Assembly (NCBI GenBank): GCA_013239625.1
Contig: MU054117.1
Span: 1,858,011-1,922,010, forward strand
Origin: Lama guanicoe
Taxonomy: Eukaryota
Reading direction: 5' to 3'
DNA length: 64,000 bases
The position numbers and the translations under genes were made by a program. Every line of letters starts with the position of its first letter. Within the stretch, counting starts at the first letter, position 1. Shown here in pieces: positions 52,110 through 64,000 of the stretch. Below the pieces are notes generated by a model. The model was not told where the DNA came from. It was given only the letters and a program-made list of their open reading frames with translations, and did no database searches.

Positions 52110-54608
52110 GTCTTAGACATCAAGAGACAAAAGACAGAACAATGGGGGGATGTTGTAAATGAGCTATTGCACAGAAAATGCTTCACAAACGGCATTTCCT
52201 GCCAGCCCTCCGGCACCGCGCTTCTGCCCGCGCCTGGAGCTAACACTCCAGGTCTCCCGTCCACCCCCGACCCCTAAGCCCGAACCAAAGGGGCCAGGGG
52301 GGCGCTTTCACAGCAGTCCCAAACTAAGTGGAGTCCGGGTCTACATCCTGTAAGTGCTCTGATTGACGACTCTCGCTTGTGGAGGAACAGACACCCCAGG
52401 CCGCCCAACACCAGGCTGCAGCCTCTCTTCCAGTTCAGTGTCCCACACCTGCCCTCAGGGGCCAGATGCAGCTTTCGGTGTTGGTGCCACTTGCTCATTG
52501 ACGTGGCTGGTGACTGGGGACCGATTTGTGGCGCTTCCTTCCTCCCTGTCTTCCTGCCCCAGCTTCCAATACTACTCATGGGTTTCTGAGGCCAGGAAAG
52601 CCACAGCCCTCAAGCCGTCCAGGTCACACCGGCATGTTGGCCTCCGTGCCCTGAGCTGTGGTCCCTTCCAGTCCCGCACGGCTGCTATGGAGCAGCGGGA
52701 AATGGGAGGAGGGGAGACGCAGGGCCCAAGGACTCCTGAACCCCCGGCTCCCAAATTCAGGTTTAGGGCCAGGCAGGTAGAGTTCCCTTGAACGCAAAGG
52801 GCTGGCTGTTTGGAAGGCTGGAGCCGCCGTGTGAGCCCGCTGACTGACGATGCTAAGGTTCCTCCCGCTTTCAAGGAGGGACAGTAGGCCCTTTCCTAGA
52901 GATGACCCTGCCCACAGGCGGAGTGACCAGTGGAGAAGTGCAGTCCTGCTGTCCGACACGGGCGCTGCGGCAGTGGGGCCGGCAGTTCCCGGAGATGCAG
53001 AAGGCCCACCGCCCACCTCTACTGCCACTGCTACTCTTACTGTTTTTTAAACTTCTTCCAAATCTTGACGACTCAAGTTTTAAGAGATAGAAAATGCACC
53101 CGAGGCAATGTTAAAAGCTCAAAGAGAAAGGCAGGAAACACTAAGGAAAGTGGCTGAGATAATGACACAGTTTTTAAAGTCTTCACGGACAGAGTGGGGA
53201 ATTACTGAAAGCTTTCCCTCCAGGATCAAAACAACATCACATCTCAACGTTGCACTGAAGGTCTTAGCAACCACAGTAAGTCAGGGAAAAAAAAAAAAAC
53301 AGGCACAATGACAGGAAAGGAATGAATAAAACTGCCCGTATTCTTAATTCAAAGATTATGCCCTTAGAAAACCTAAAGCAATTGACAAGCCATTAGAATT
53401 AATGAATTAATGAGCAGGGCTGCAAGATACAGGGTCAAAATACAAAAATCAACCTTATTTTCCACATACTATCAATAAACAATAAGAAATTGAAAATAAA
53501 ATTTAAAATAGCAATATTTACAGAGCATCATAAAACATCTAATATATTGGATTAAATTTAATGAAGTATGTACATGGACTTGACATTGAAAACCACAAAC
53601 CACTGTTGAGAGAAATTAAAGAAGGCCTACACAACTGAGAGAAATATTCCATTTTTGTGACTTGGAAGACTCAGTAGGGGGGGATGTCCATTCTCCCCAG
53701 TTTCATTTCATTCAAAATCCCAGCAGATTTTTATAGAACGTAATGAGCTAAAATGATTCTAAAAATGTTTGGAAGGTGAAAGGGCCGTAAATTGCCAGGA
53801 CAATCACAGAGAAGAAGGGAGCTAGAAGGCTTACTTACACTGTAAGATCTCATAATTCACAATAAAGCAACAGCAGCTAAGACAGCGTGATCTGGGCACC
53901 ACATTTGGACTGCTTGAATAGTCCAGCAGAGAGTCTGGAAACACACACACACAACTGATCTTCAATAAAGACTCGATGCACTTCAACTGGGAGAGGGAAA
54001 TAAGGAAATCCTTTCAACAGAGTTAGAACACGTAGATATTCGCATGGAAAAAATTAACCTTAATCCGTATCTCACACCATATAAAAACATTAATTCAAAA
54101 TAGATCACAGACCTAAAGTGAAAAGCTAACTTTCTAGAAGAAAATATACCCAGAAGATGATTTCTCCATAACCTTGGGGTAGGCAAAGACTTATTACACG
54201 AGACATAAAGGGCACAACTGATAAAACAAAAACAATTAATCAGACCTCATCAAAACTAAACACTGCTCATTAAAACACAAGGAAAAAGCCTGACAGTGTG
54301 GGAAAAATGTGTTCGACCAAGGACTCATATCCAGAATGTAAAAAAACTCCTACAAGTCAATAAGAAGACAACTCAATTTAACAATGACCTAAGATTTAAG
54401 TAACTCATGAAGATATAGGAAGAGCCAACAAGCAAACAGCAAGCTCCTCACCTCACTGGCCACCCAGGAAATGCAAAATAAAAGCCCGAGACACCACCTC
54501 CTACCCACTTGAATTATTAAAATTAAAAGACTGGTAACACCAAATGTCGCAAGGATGCGGACCAACTGTGACGCTTACACCTTGGTGGTGAGACTATAAA
54601 ACGACACA

Positions 54609-54753
54609 GGGGAGGGTGTAGCTCAGTGGTACAGTGTGTGCTTAGCATGCACGAGGCCCTGGGTTCAACCCCCGGTGCCTCTCTGCGTATAAAAACAAAT
54701 CTAGCTACCTCTCCCCTCCCGCCCCGCACACCCCGCTGCCCTGGCCGAAGAAG
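54609..54753 (+). mobile_element. Camelid SINE (Vic-1 type) nested in L1
   Basis: Full head with A and B boxes; TSD taaaa(c/t)ga(c/t)acag. Confidence 0.9.
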
Positions 54754-55122
54754 TAAAATGATACAGATACTATGAAAAAGCTTGGCAGTTTCTTATAAAA
54801 GTTAAACACGTACCGACACTGTGACTCAGCAATCTGCCCTTACATACCCAAGAGAAACGAAAGCCTATGTGTATACAAAGTGTTGTACAAGAAAGTTTAT
54901 AGCAGTTTTACTCATAATAGGCTAAACTGGAAAGAACCCAAATTCCCATCAAGAGAAGAATGGATAAATAAGTTGCGGCTTAGCCAACATACAGAATACT
55001 ACTCATCAATTAAAAGAAAACAAAAAACAAAAAACTCTGATGTAAGTGAACAAGTCTGAAAGCCATTTCTAGCAAAAGGTCCCAGACACAAGAGTCCATT
55101 ACTGTATGACTCTATTCATATG

Positions 55123-55550
55123 CAGATCTTGATAAACCCGTGGTAAGTTGAAAATATCATAAATCAAAGACGCATTTAAACACCTGACCTACCACATATT
55201 ATAGCTTAGCCTAGTCTACCTTAGACTCAGTGCTCAGAACACTTACATCAGCCTACAGTTGGGCAAAATCATCCACCACAAAGCCTATTTTTTAATAGTG
55301 TTGACTGTCTCATGCAATTTATTGGGGACTGTACTGACAGTGAGAAACAATGATCGTCTGGGTCCAGGATGGTTCTAAGTGTATCGGCTGTTCATCCTCG
55401 TTATCTCGGAGCTGCCCAGCATCACGAGAGAGGCTCAGAGCCTTGGAAAAGATCAAAATTCAAAGTATGGTTTCTACTGAATGTCTATCACTTTTGCACC
55501 ATCATGAAGTCAAAAAATTAAGTCAAACCATCATAAGTCTGGAACGTCTG
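55123..55550. mobile_element. Tigger5/MER47-family DNA transposon nested in L1
   Basis: gataaacccgtggtaagttgaaaatatc...cagcctacagttgggcaaaatcatc...aaccatcataagtctggaacgtctg; L1 sequence resumes on both sides. Confidence 0.85.
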
Positions 55551-56990
55551 CATGAAGTTCAAGGACAGGCAAAGCGCATCTGTTAGAGAAATCAGAAGAG
55601 TGGTTGCCTGGGAGGAACTGACTGAAAAGGGGCTTTATTCACCGCCCTAAAACTCCTCTGTGCTCTGCTTACTCATGCTTCCCTCTGCCCTAACCCCTGG
55701 CAATTACCGAATTGTTTTCTTTTACTGTCACAATTTCACCTTTTCCAGAATGTCAAATAGTTGGAATCATACAGCATGTGGCCTTTTCAGACTGGCTTCC
55801 TTCACTTAACAATTCACATTTAAGGTTCTGCCATGTCTTTCACAGCTTGACAGCTCACTGCTTCTTAGTACACTGCCTGGATGCACCAGTGTACTGACCT
55901 ATTCACCTGCTGAAGGACATTTGATTGCTTCCAAGTTTTGGTAATTACAAATAAAGCTGCTATAAAAAGCTATGTGCAGTTTTTGGTGTGAACACAATTT
56001 TTCAACTCCTTTGGGTAAATACCAAGGAGAAGGACTGCTGGAATAGATAGTAAGAGTATGTTTAGTTTTGTAAGAAACAGCCAAACTGTCTTCCAAAGTG
56101 GCTCTTCTATTTTGCATTCCCACCAGCAATGAATGAGAGTTTCTGCTGCTCCACATGCTCACCAGCATTTGGTGTTCTCAGTGTTTGTGATTTTGGCTAT
56201 TCTTACAGGTATGTAGTGGTATCTCACTGTCGTGTTAACTTGCGATTCCCTAACAGCATATGATGTTGAACATATTTTTCATATGCTTACTTGTTGTCTG
56301 GATGTCTTCTTTGATGAGGTGTCTCTTTGGGTCTTTTGCCCATTTTTAATCAGGCTATTCTTTCTCTTACTGTTGATGAGTTACAGTCCAATGTCAGGTG
56401 TCTCTTGCAAACATCTCCCAGTCTGTGGCCTGTCTTCCCATTCTGTCGACCCCGATTTTTGCAGAGCAGAAGATTTCAACTGCACTGAAGTCCAGTTTAT
56501 CAGTTCTTTCTGCCTCTGGTGTTACATCTGAAGCCGCCGCCGCGCCCACAGTGAGACGGTTTTCTCCTATGTTATGTCCCAGGAGGTTCACAGCTTTATG
56601 TTTTGGATTTTGTGATCCATGTTGAGCTGATTTCTGTGAAAGATGTAAGGTCTGTCCTAGATTTGTGGGTTTTTGGGTTTTTTGGTTTTTTTTTGCGCAT
56701 GGATGTCCAGTTGTTCCAGCACCATTTGCTGAAAAGACTATCTTTGCTCCATTGTGTGAGCTCTGCTCCTTTGTCAAAGACCAGTTGACTAAATGTGGTT
56801 CTGTTTCTGGGCTCTCTGTTCTCTTCTTTTGATTTATTTGGTGACTTCTTTATCGATACCACATTTTCTCGATTACTACTGTAGCCTGACAGTAAGTCTT
56901 GAAGTTGGGTAGTGTCAGTTCTCCAACTTTGCTCTTCTCCTTCAACACTGAGTTGACTATTACGAGTTTTTTGCTTCTCCATATAAACTT

Positions 56991-57124
56991 CATTTTTTTT
57001 TTGGTGGGGGGAGGTAATTAGGGTTATTTATTTATTTATTTTTAGAGGAGGTACCAGGGATTGAACACAGGACCTCGTGCATGCTAAGCATGCGCTCTAC
57101 TCCTTGAGCTATACCCCCCGTCCC
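56991..57124 (-). mobile_element. Camelid SINE (Vic-1 type) nested in L1
   Basis: TSD gc(t/c)tctccatat(a/g)aactt at 56973-56990 and 57125-57142. Confidence 0.92.
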
Positions 57125-57412
57125 GCCTCTCCATATGAACTTTAGAATCTTATTAATTTCCATAAAATAACTTTGCTGAGATTTTTCACTGGGATTGCAC
57201 TGAATCTATACATCAAGTTGGGAAGAACTGACATCTTGACAGTCCTGAGCCTTTCTATCCATGAACTTGGAATCGCTCGCCATTTATTTAGTTCTTCTTT
57301 GATGTATTTCATCAGTTTTGCAGTTTCCCTCGTAATTCTTGCACATATTTTATTAGACACAAGTATTTCATTTGGGCGGAGTGTTCTAATGTAAATGGTA
57401 ATGTGTTCTTAC

Positions 57413-57549
57413 TTTCTTTTCTTTCTTTTTTTCTTTCTTAGCAGGGGGAGGTAATTAAGTTTATTTGTTTTCAGAGGAGGTACTGGGGATTGAACCCAGG
57501 ACCTCGTGCATGTTAGGCAAGTGCTCTACCACTGAGCTATACCCTCCCC
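57413..57549 (-). mobile_element. Camelid SINE (Vic-1 type) nested in L1
   Basis: gaggtactggggattgaacccaggacctcgtgcatg...ctaccactgagctataccctcccc. Confidence 0.92.
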
Positions 57550-59060
57550 GCTATATGTTTTTAATTCCTTGTTCATTACTGGTATATGGGAAAGAGGCTG
57601 AACTTTTGTGTATTAATCTTGTACCCTGTAACGTTGCTGTACTTGCTTGTTAGTTCCAGTTTGGGGGGATTTGTTCGTTTTTGTCGATTCTTTCACATTT
57701 TCTACACAGGTGGCCTTGTCACCTGTGAACAAAGATGGTTCTGTTTCTTTCTCCCCCACCTGTGTACCTTTTATTTCCTTTTCTTATCCTACTGCATTAG
57801 CTAGGACTTCCAGTATAACGTTATCTGTGAAACATAAGAGGTTTTATTTTACTTTCATGCATTCATTCTCCAGTGCTCTTCCTTTCTTTATATAGATCTG
57901 AGTTTCTGACCTATATAGTTTTCCTTCTCTCTGAAGAACTTCTTTTAACATTTTTTGCAAGTATACTGGTAATAAATTGTCTTAATTTTTGTTTGTCTGA
58001 GAAAGCTTTTCTTTCTTACTTTTGAAGGATAATTTCACAGGGTACAGAATTCTAGGTTGGTGATTTTATCCTCTAAACACTTTAAATACTTCACTCTCTT
58101 CTTACTGGCATGGTTTCTGAGATGTCAGATGTATTTCTTATCTTTGCTTCTCTGTAAGTGAGGTGTTTCCCACCCAGTCACCCCCAGCTTCTTTCAGGGT
58201 TTTTTCTTTAATTTTTTTAAGTTTAAATCTGATTGAGAGAAGGGGATTTATCTTGCTTGGTGCTGTCCGAGCTTCCTGGATCTTTAGTTTGATTTCTGAC
58301 ATTAATTTGGGGAAATTCTCAGTCATTATTGCTTCAAATATCTCTTCTGTTCCTTCCTCTCTTTACACATGTTATACCTTTCGCAGTTGTCCCACAGTTT
58401 TGGGGCAGTCTGCTCTGGCTCCTCCCCTCCTCAGTCTTTCTCCTTTTTAATTTTCAGTTTTGGAGGTTTCTATCACCATCTCCTCAAGCTCAGAGATTCT
58501 TTCCTCGGCATGTCCAGGTTACTAACGAGCCCACCAAAGGCAGTCGTCATGTCTGTTGCTGTGGTTTTAATCTCCACCATTTTTTTAATTCTTATAATTT
58601 CCATCTCTCTCCTTACATTATCCATCTGTTTTTGCATGCTGTCTACTTTTTCCATTAAAGCTCTTAGCCTATTAATCATAGATTTAAAGTTTCCTGGTCT
58701 GGTAACTCCAACATTTCCACCATTGTCTGACTCTGGTTGTGATAGTCAGTCTTCTCCAACCGTGTTTTACGTCTAGTAAACTTTTACTGAAAGGCAGACA
58801 GGATATGCTGGGTAGACGTGCTGCACTGCAGTAAGCAGGTCTCTAGGGATGGGACGGTGAGGTGCGGGGGAGGGGAGTGTTCTCCAGTCCCACGATGAGG
58901 TCTCAGTCCACTTGTGAGCTGCTGCCCTGGGACCGTGCTTCTCACTCCCTGCCCTTTGGTGGACAGCATGGCTAGAATGGGCTGGAGTTGGGTATCTCCC
59001 TTCCCCCAGGCTCTGGTAAAACAGCTCCTCCTAGGGCAGACCTTGTTAAGATGAACAGAG

Positions 59061-59311
59061 AGGGTACAGCTTAGCATGCATGAGGTCCTGGGTTCAATCC
59101 CCAGTACCACCATTTAAAAAAAAAATTACATATATATATATATATATATATACACAAATATATATAAATAAACCTATATATTTTAATATATATAGATTTG
59201 TATATATATAATTTTATATATATATTTTTATATATATAGGTTTATTTATATATATACATATATATATAATATAAATATATATACCTAATTACTCACTCTC
59301 CCCCCAAAAAA
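59061..59311 (+). mobile_element. Camelid SINE (Vic-1 type) with A-box deletion and an internal about 150-bp AT-rich expansion
   Basis: cttagcatgcatgaggtcctgggttcaatccccagtacc, then (TA)-rich tract 59129-59283, then acctaattact...ccccccaaaaaa. Confidence 0.88.
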
Positions 59312-59496
59312 GGACAAAATGCTCTGGCACATTTCAAAGTGAGTCCTTTCCCTTCCCCCTGCCAGAAGCATGAGGGAATTTTCCCCAGTATTCACTGTAG
59401 GCGAATGAGGACCTGGTAGAGCTCCAGGAGGTAAAAACTCACGGAAGTGTAAGGCTCCCCTCCATCCCACCCCCCCCATGACTGGGCCCCCTGAAG

Positions 59497-59743
59497 ATTT
59501 TGGTTTTTTGTTTTGTTTTACTGAGATGTAATTGGCATAATTAAAGTCTACAGCATGTTGATCTGACGCATTTACGTAGTGCAATAGCATTACCACCATA
59601 GAGTTAGCCAACACCTCTACCACGTCACATAACTATCATTTCTTTTTTTGCGGTGGGAGCAATTATGATCTAGTCTCTCAACAACTTTGATGTTTATAAC
59701 TCACTATTGTTGACCATAATCACGGCGCTACGCATCAGGACTC
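59497..59743 (-). mobile_element. Short L1 3' end nested in the older L1
   Basis: T-rich tail; TSD ccccctgaag at 59487-59496 and 59744-59753. Confidence 0.78.
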
Positions 59744-61199
59744 CCCCCTGAAGTTTTCAGCCCTCAGACGCGTCCACACCGAGCCTCACGGGTTACGTTG
59801 TCCCACCCTGATGCTGGTTCCCATGGAGGCTTCTGCTCCAGTGCGCTTTGTTTTCAAATGAACTCTATTTAAGTATAATTTATATACAATAAAATGGACC
59901 AATTTAAGTAAACAGTTCCATGAGTGCTGACAAAGGCATACGCTTGCATAACCTCCATCCTTTGCCTCCGTTATTAAGCTTCCTGGATGATCCAGCTTGA
60001 AGCCAGGGCTGGGAACCCCTGCTCTGCTGTTCTCGGTTGCCAGCTGAGGCCTTTGGGACTGCCAGTTCTGAAGTTATTCACTCATTTCTGGGTCTTGGTT
60101 TCTTCACATCTCTTGTGCCTGGACAGAATAGCTGTGAACACCACCCCAACACAAGACTCCCAATTTGCTGATTCCTCATATTACAGAATCAGGCTCAAAG
60201 CGGAGACAGAAAATTTACTTAAATGGTCATTTCACCTACTCTTCACATACCTGTTGAGCAGCTACCCACTGCCCAGAGCTGGCTCCTCCCTCCCCGTCCC
60301 TCAACTTCAGCTGCCCTGGGACTGCAAGGACCTCTTTTCTCTCCTTGCCCCTCCCAGGGAAAGCAGCGGCTCCTCTCCCATCAGGGCGTGATGGACAGCC
60401 TGGCCGGGGCCTCTGTCTTCATCCTCCCTCCCCTCCACTCGTCTGAGTTCTCTGCATCATTTCAGTCCCAGTTCAAACCCCACCTCCACCACAAAGCCTT
60501 CCTCCCCCAGCTAGATTTCACCTCTCTTACTTCTCCCAGGCACCTGAGCACATGATCACGCTCCAGCTGCCCGGAGCACTCACCTTCCTCTAGTTGTTTC
60601 AAACAGTCGAACTCAAATATGGAACCAGTTGAAGACTTTCTTTGAAGGAGGCACAGTGCTAGGCTGTGGGCAACAGCACCATGGTGACTAAGACACAAAG
60701 CACATGGTTCCTGCCCTCACGTGACAGACTCTAAACCAGTGTAACAAGCTTTACCCAAGGTGAGAGGGTTTCTGGGTGCTGGGGAGAACGTGTCAAGCGG
60801 AGGCACTATTTCTGTTGTGCACATCCACCTGTGCAAGAACACAGACATAGCCCTTGGAATGCCAACTGCATGAAGTCACACTGCCTTGTGTCCCCTGCAT
60901 TTCCCCCTCACACAGCATGAGCAACTCTTCACTGGCTGAACCTGAACTCATAGAACAGGTACCACTGCACAGCTATGGGGCCATTACAGGGGCAATAATT
61001 TAGCATCCCCCAACACCAAGCTGCTTTTTTTTTTTTCATTTTCTCTCCTTTCCTGTTCCTTGTCCCATTTCCGGTCTTCCCTGGCCTAATCCTGGACTGG
61101 CCTGGGGCCCCGGGGCAGTCTGGTCCTTGCTCAGCTGTGGACTCCCTTTCCTCTTCACCACCCTTTGTTTCTTAGCTCATCCCGTCTGGAGAGAAAGGA

Positions 61200-61365
61200 C
61201 AGACCTAAGGTGGCCTGCCTTGGCTACCTGTTGGAATCACCTGGGAAGCAGGCGGTTTCCCCGCCCCACAAATCTAGTTGATTGACTTGAAGCCAGGTCT
61301 TGGGATGGACAGCTCTTCAAGCTCCCCAGGTGATTCAGACGTGCAGCCAGATGGAAAACCACTGG
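61200..61365. mobile_element. MER5-like hAT-Charlie element
   Basis: ttggaatcacctggga...aagctccccaggtgattc...aaaccactg, internal inverted symmetry. Confidence 0.7.
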
Positions 61366-61789
61366 GACAGACTAAGGATTTCAAAGCCTCCACCTTCTCA
61401 GCTGAGGGGGATGGTCCCCAGAGATAACCACCAGACCTGGCCTGGGGCCAACAGAATGGCATGGCTCACGCTCGGGGTGGGCCAAGGATTGGGGCCTCCT
61501 ATCTGTAGCATCTCGGCTCTGGAGTGGATGCCAGGACAAAGTTGAAGCCAGCCTCCTGGAGCAGGCGGGGAGACGAGAGGCTGGTTAACGAGGAAAGCTG
61601 AGAGCAAGGAGACAGACTGCCGGTGAAACAGGGGTCGCGCGCTCTCGGTGGGGTGGGGGGAAGATCAGGGGAGGCGCCAACCGACGCAGTGTTAGCTCTC
61701 AACAAGTGTCAGCTTTCACACTGACGTGGTGCTTTCACACTCAAATCCGCTGCATGAAAAGGAGCAGCAAGTAAAAAGAGTTCCACTCT

Positions 61790-61995
61790 CCAGACTGGGA
61801 AGCAGAAGTTCGCAGAAGTTTAGAGCTTCACCGCGAAACCCCGAACGAGGCAAGCAACCTCTTGAACTTCGGTTTTCTCACCTGCAAAGTGGAAACTATA
61901 TAAAGGCTTCTACCCCCGACAGAGGCATTGTGAAGACGAAAGGAGCACGCTGCGAAGGATACACAGGGGGCTGTGATTACGGCGGCGGCCTTAGC
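61790..61995 (+). mobile_element. MIR fragment
   Basis: cttcggttttctcacctgcaaagtgga. Confidence 0.55.
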
Positions 61996-64000
61996 ACGTC
62001 TCACCTGTCACGGATAACCCATCTACTTGTCTCTCGCCTCCTTACCTACCAGCCCAGGCCATTTTCCTCTAGTTTGTAAACTCCCTGTATTTTTCAGTTA
62101 CTTTTTAAAAGAACCAGATCATACATACACAGGAATATATGCAAATGGTTTAAAGACTAACACCTGTGCCCCATCCGTCAGCCCAAGGAGCAGGCACAAC
62201 CAGCTCCTCTGAAGCCCTTTGTGCCTCTGTCCAGTCACCCTCCATTCCTCTCCCCAAATAACTGCTTCCTGAACTTTGTTTCCTTGATTTTCTTTTTATC
62301 AAAAACAGATGAGCCCTGGCAACTACTTTTTCATCTCTGTATCTTTGGAATAGTGAACTTTACAGGTAGCAACGGTTGGATAAATGAAGGAGTGACTGTC
62401 CCAGCAGGACTAGAACTGTTAACTCTTGGGCCAGTTTCTCTGGTCCTCAGTTTCCTCAATTGTAAAAGGAGGGACACACTCGATGGGTCCCCTTCCAGCA
62501 CATCTACGGTTAACCCAGGAGGTTTCCCTGGGGGACTCGGCTGGGGAGCCATATCGCAGCTGCCAACCAGCATGCCCTGGCCCACGAGTGGGCTTCACAC
62601 GGTAACACAGGTGCCAAGTACCGACCCCTTGAGTTCCTGGGGCAGCAGAAACCTAGGGCTGGCTGCATCCAACCACAAATACACTTAACTCTTTACCCCC
62701 AAAAGTGATGCAAATATCTTCTCTTGTTATTTTCTATGTGCGCCAACAGGAAAAAGGTTGGAGAAGCACTATATTCGACTATAAGCTTGGTGGCGAGTGG
62801 GAGCTGGATTTGGACCCAGGACAGTGTGGGGATTCTCTCTCCTCCCTGCCGCTCCGTTCAAAGGCCCACTGGCCCACTATCCAGGTGCCATATCAGTAGT
62901 TTCTGACATATAAGGCCACCTAGAGAGATGCAAGACTGAAACATCCTGAAGCAGGAGGAGAAGGGAAGGCTTGGAGGAAGTGGAGGCTTCGAGGCCCCAC
63001 CCCTGTGCAGAGGGACCCCTGTCCCAGGTCCTCCCTGCAGCTGGGACAGAGGCAGGAATGTGTCCTGAGAGCAGACCTGCAGGGCCGGGGCCGGGGCTCC
63101 CCGCAGGCGGCCCAGCCCAGCTGCCGGGCCAGCCACAGCTGTTGGCAGGGAGTCTCCAGGTCTAAAATTAGCCTCCAGCTCTCCACCCAGGCAGTTCCAC
63201 CGCGCACTCTGGCAGACAGCCCTGCGGTGAGGTAATGACTGGGCGCCTGTGTGCCTCAGGGCAACGGGGTAGACGAGGCAGCACCCATGCGGGTCAGCCT
63301 GGGGCTGGGAACGGGGACAGAAGCAGGAGCTCGTGTGTGTGGAGCCTGCGTCCTGCTTTGCGTCTGCGTCCCGTGGGGACACCCTGTCCTGTGCTCCAGG
63401 CACAGCGCGGAAAGGAACACAAACTTCTCCTGAGAACTTCAGACGTGCCAGGTTCTCAGTCCGCCACCACAGCCTCGTGGGGTCAGGAACATCACTCCCA
63501 TCGCACAGAAGCCACGGGGATGCTCCCCAAGTCAGGGGCCCTGGGAGGGAATGCTTTCGGAGGGGCAGCCTCCCCCTGGAGGGGCAGCTCTGGAGGCAGA
63601 GCCCAAGCCCGTGACTCACTGACCCCCACCTCCAGATCCCTCCGCTTCTGATGGTCTGGTCAGGAAGCCAGTGGCCAGAGCTGCCAAAATAGGCGGCCAA
63701 CCCCGTGGCCAACGCCGGGCAGAAGCCTCTCCTCCCCTGGGCTGAGCACACTGAGGTATTTATGTGAGGGCTGCCCGCAGGCAGGGAGGGGCTGGGGGTG
63801 AGGCTCCAAGGTGGGGACTTGTCAGAAGTGCAGTGGCGAGTCGGAGGGCTCCAGAAAGAGGAGCCTGCAGGCCTGCAGAAGGGACCCCAAGGCCGCTCCG
63901 CCCCTCCGAGCCCATCTCCCCGAGGACCACGGCCCAGGGCTCATCCGACCTCACCCTCCCTCCCTGCCCCTGCCTGTGGAACCCACCCTCCCAGTCCCAG

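Larger units (their letters stand above)
53190..55630 (+). mobile_element. Old L1M, ORF2 remnant to 3' UTR, interrupted by a SINE and a MER47-type element
   Basis: gcaagatacagggtcaaaatacaaaaatcaa, ctcacaccatataaaaacattaattcaaaatagatcacagacctaaa, ggaaatgcaaaataaaa motifs; no intact ORF. Confidence 0.85.
55635..59850 (-). mobile_element. Old L1 (L1MC/MD-like) with 3' UTR, ORF2 and ORF1 remnants and probable 5' region; large internal deletion near 57820
   Basis: ORF2-like LFSKWCWNNW and [29 protein letters not shown]1-like MTENFPKLMSEIKLKIQEA and coiled-coil EKVDSMQKQMDNVRREME. Confidence 0.85.
21172..64000 (-). other. B4GALNT3: B4GALNT3 intron 1 (partial, >42.8 kb)
   Basis: No exon encoding the N-terminal cytoplasmic tail and transmembrane segment found; region is repeat-rich; the human gene also has a very long first intron (recalled). 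Confidence 0.85.

Noticed and set aside
55899..58679. L1 ORF1/ORF2-like peptides as active retrotransposon genes
   Set aside because: Short, frameshifted, interrupted by SINEs and a large deletion; fossil.
62858..63751. 297-aa minus-strand ORF as possible exon 1 or nested gene
   Set aside because: No basic tail plus transmembrane segment expected of B4GALNT3 exon 1, non-ATG start, no recognisable homology.

Overview
Mammalian genomic DNA, almost certainly from a camelid: it carries 11 copies of a short tRNA-derived SINE matching the Vic-1 type, plus cetartiodactyl-type L1 3' ends. The whole window lies inside B4GALNT3 (beta-1,4-N-acetylgalactosaminyltransferase 3, LacdiNAc synthase) on the minus strand. 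I mapped coding exons 2-20 by hand (21171 down to the stop at 1641-1643). They total 2837 nt, have consistent splice phases and use GT-AG boundaries, except the exon 8 donor, which lies in a 54-N gap. Positions 1-1640 are 3' UTR/downstream and 21172-64000 are intron 1; exon 1 is outside the window. Exon numbering and human comparisons are from recall of the human gene, not a database search. The introns hold ordinary interspersed repeats (L1, L2, MIR, SINE, Tigger-family and hAT DNA elements, one ERV solo LTR). Nearly all ORFs in the supplied track are chance or antisense shadow ORFs in GC-rich DNA. I found no evidence of a new multi-gene system. The best leads are RNA-processing features: a consensus-strength cryptic 5' splice site inside exon 14, a triple CAG acceptor, inverted SINE pairs around exons 2-3, sense-strand poly(A) signals brought in by retroposons, and a 24-bp perfect AT-rich palindrome inside a SINE.
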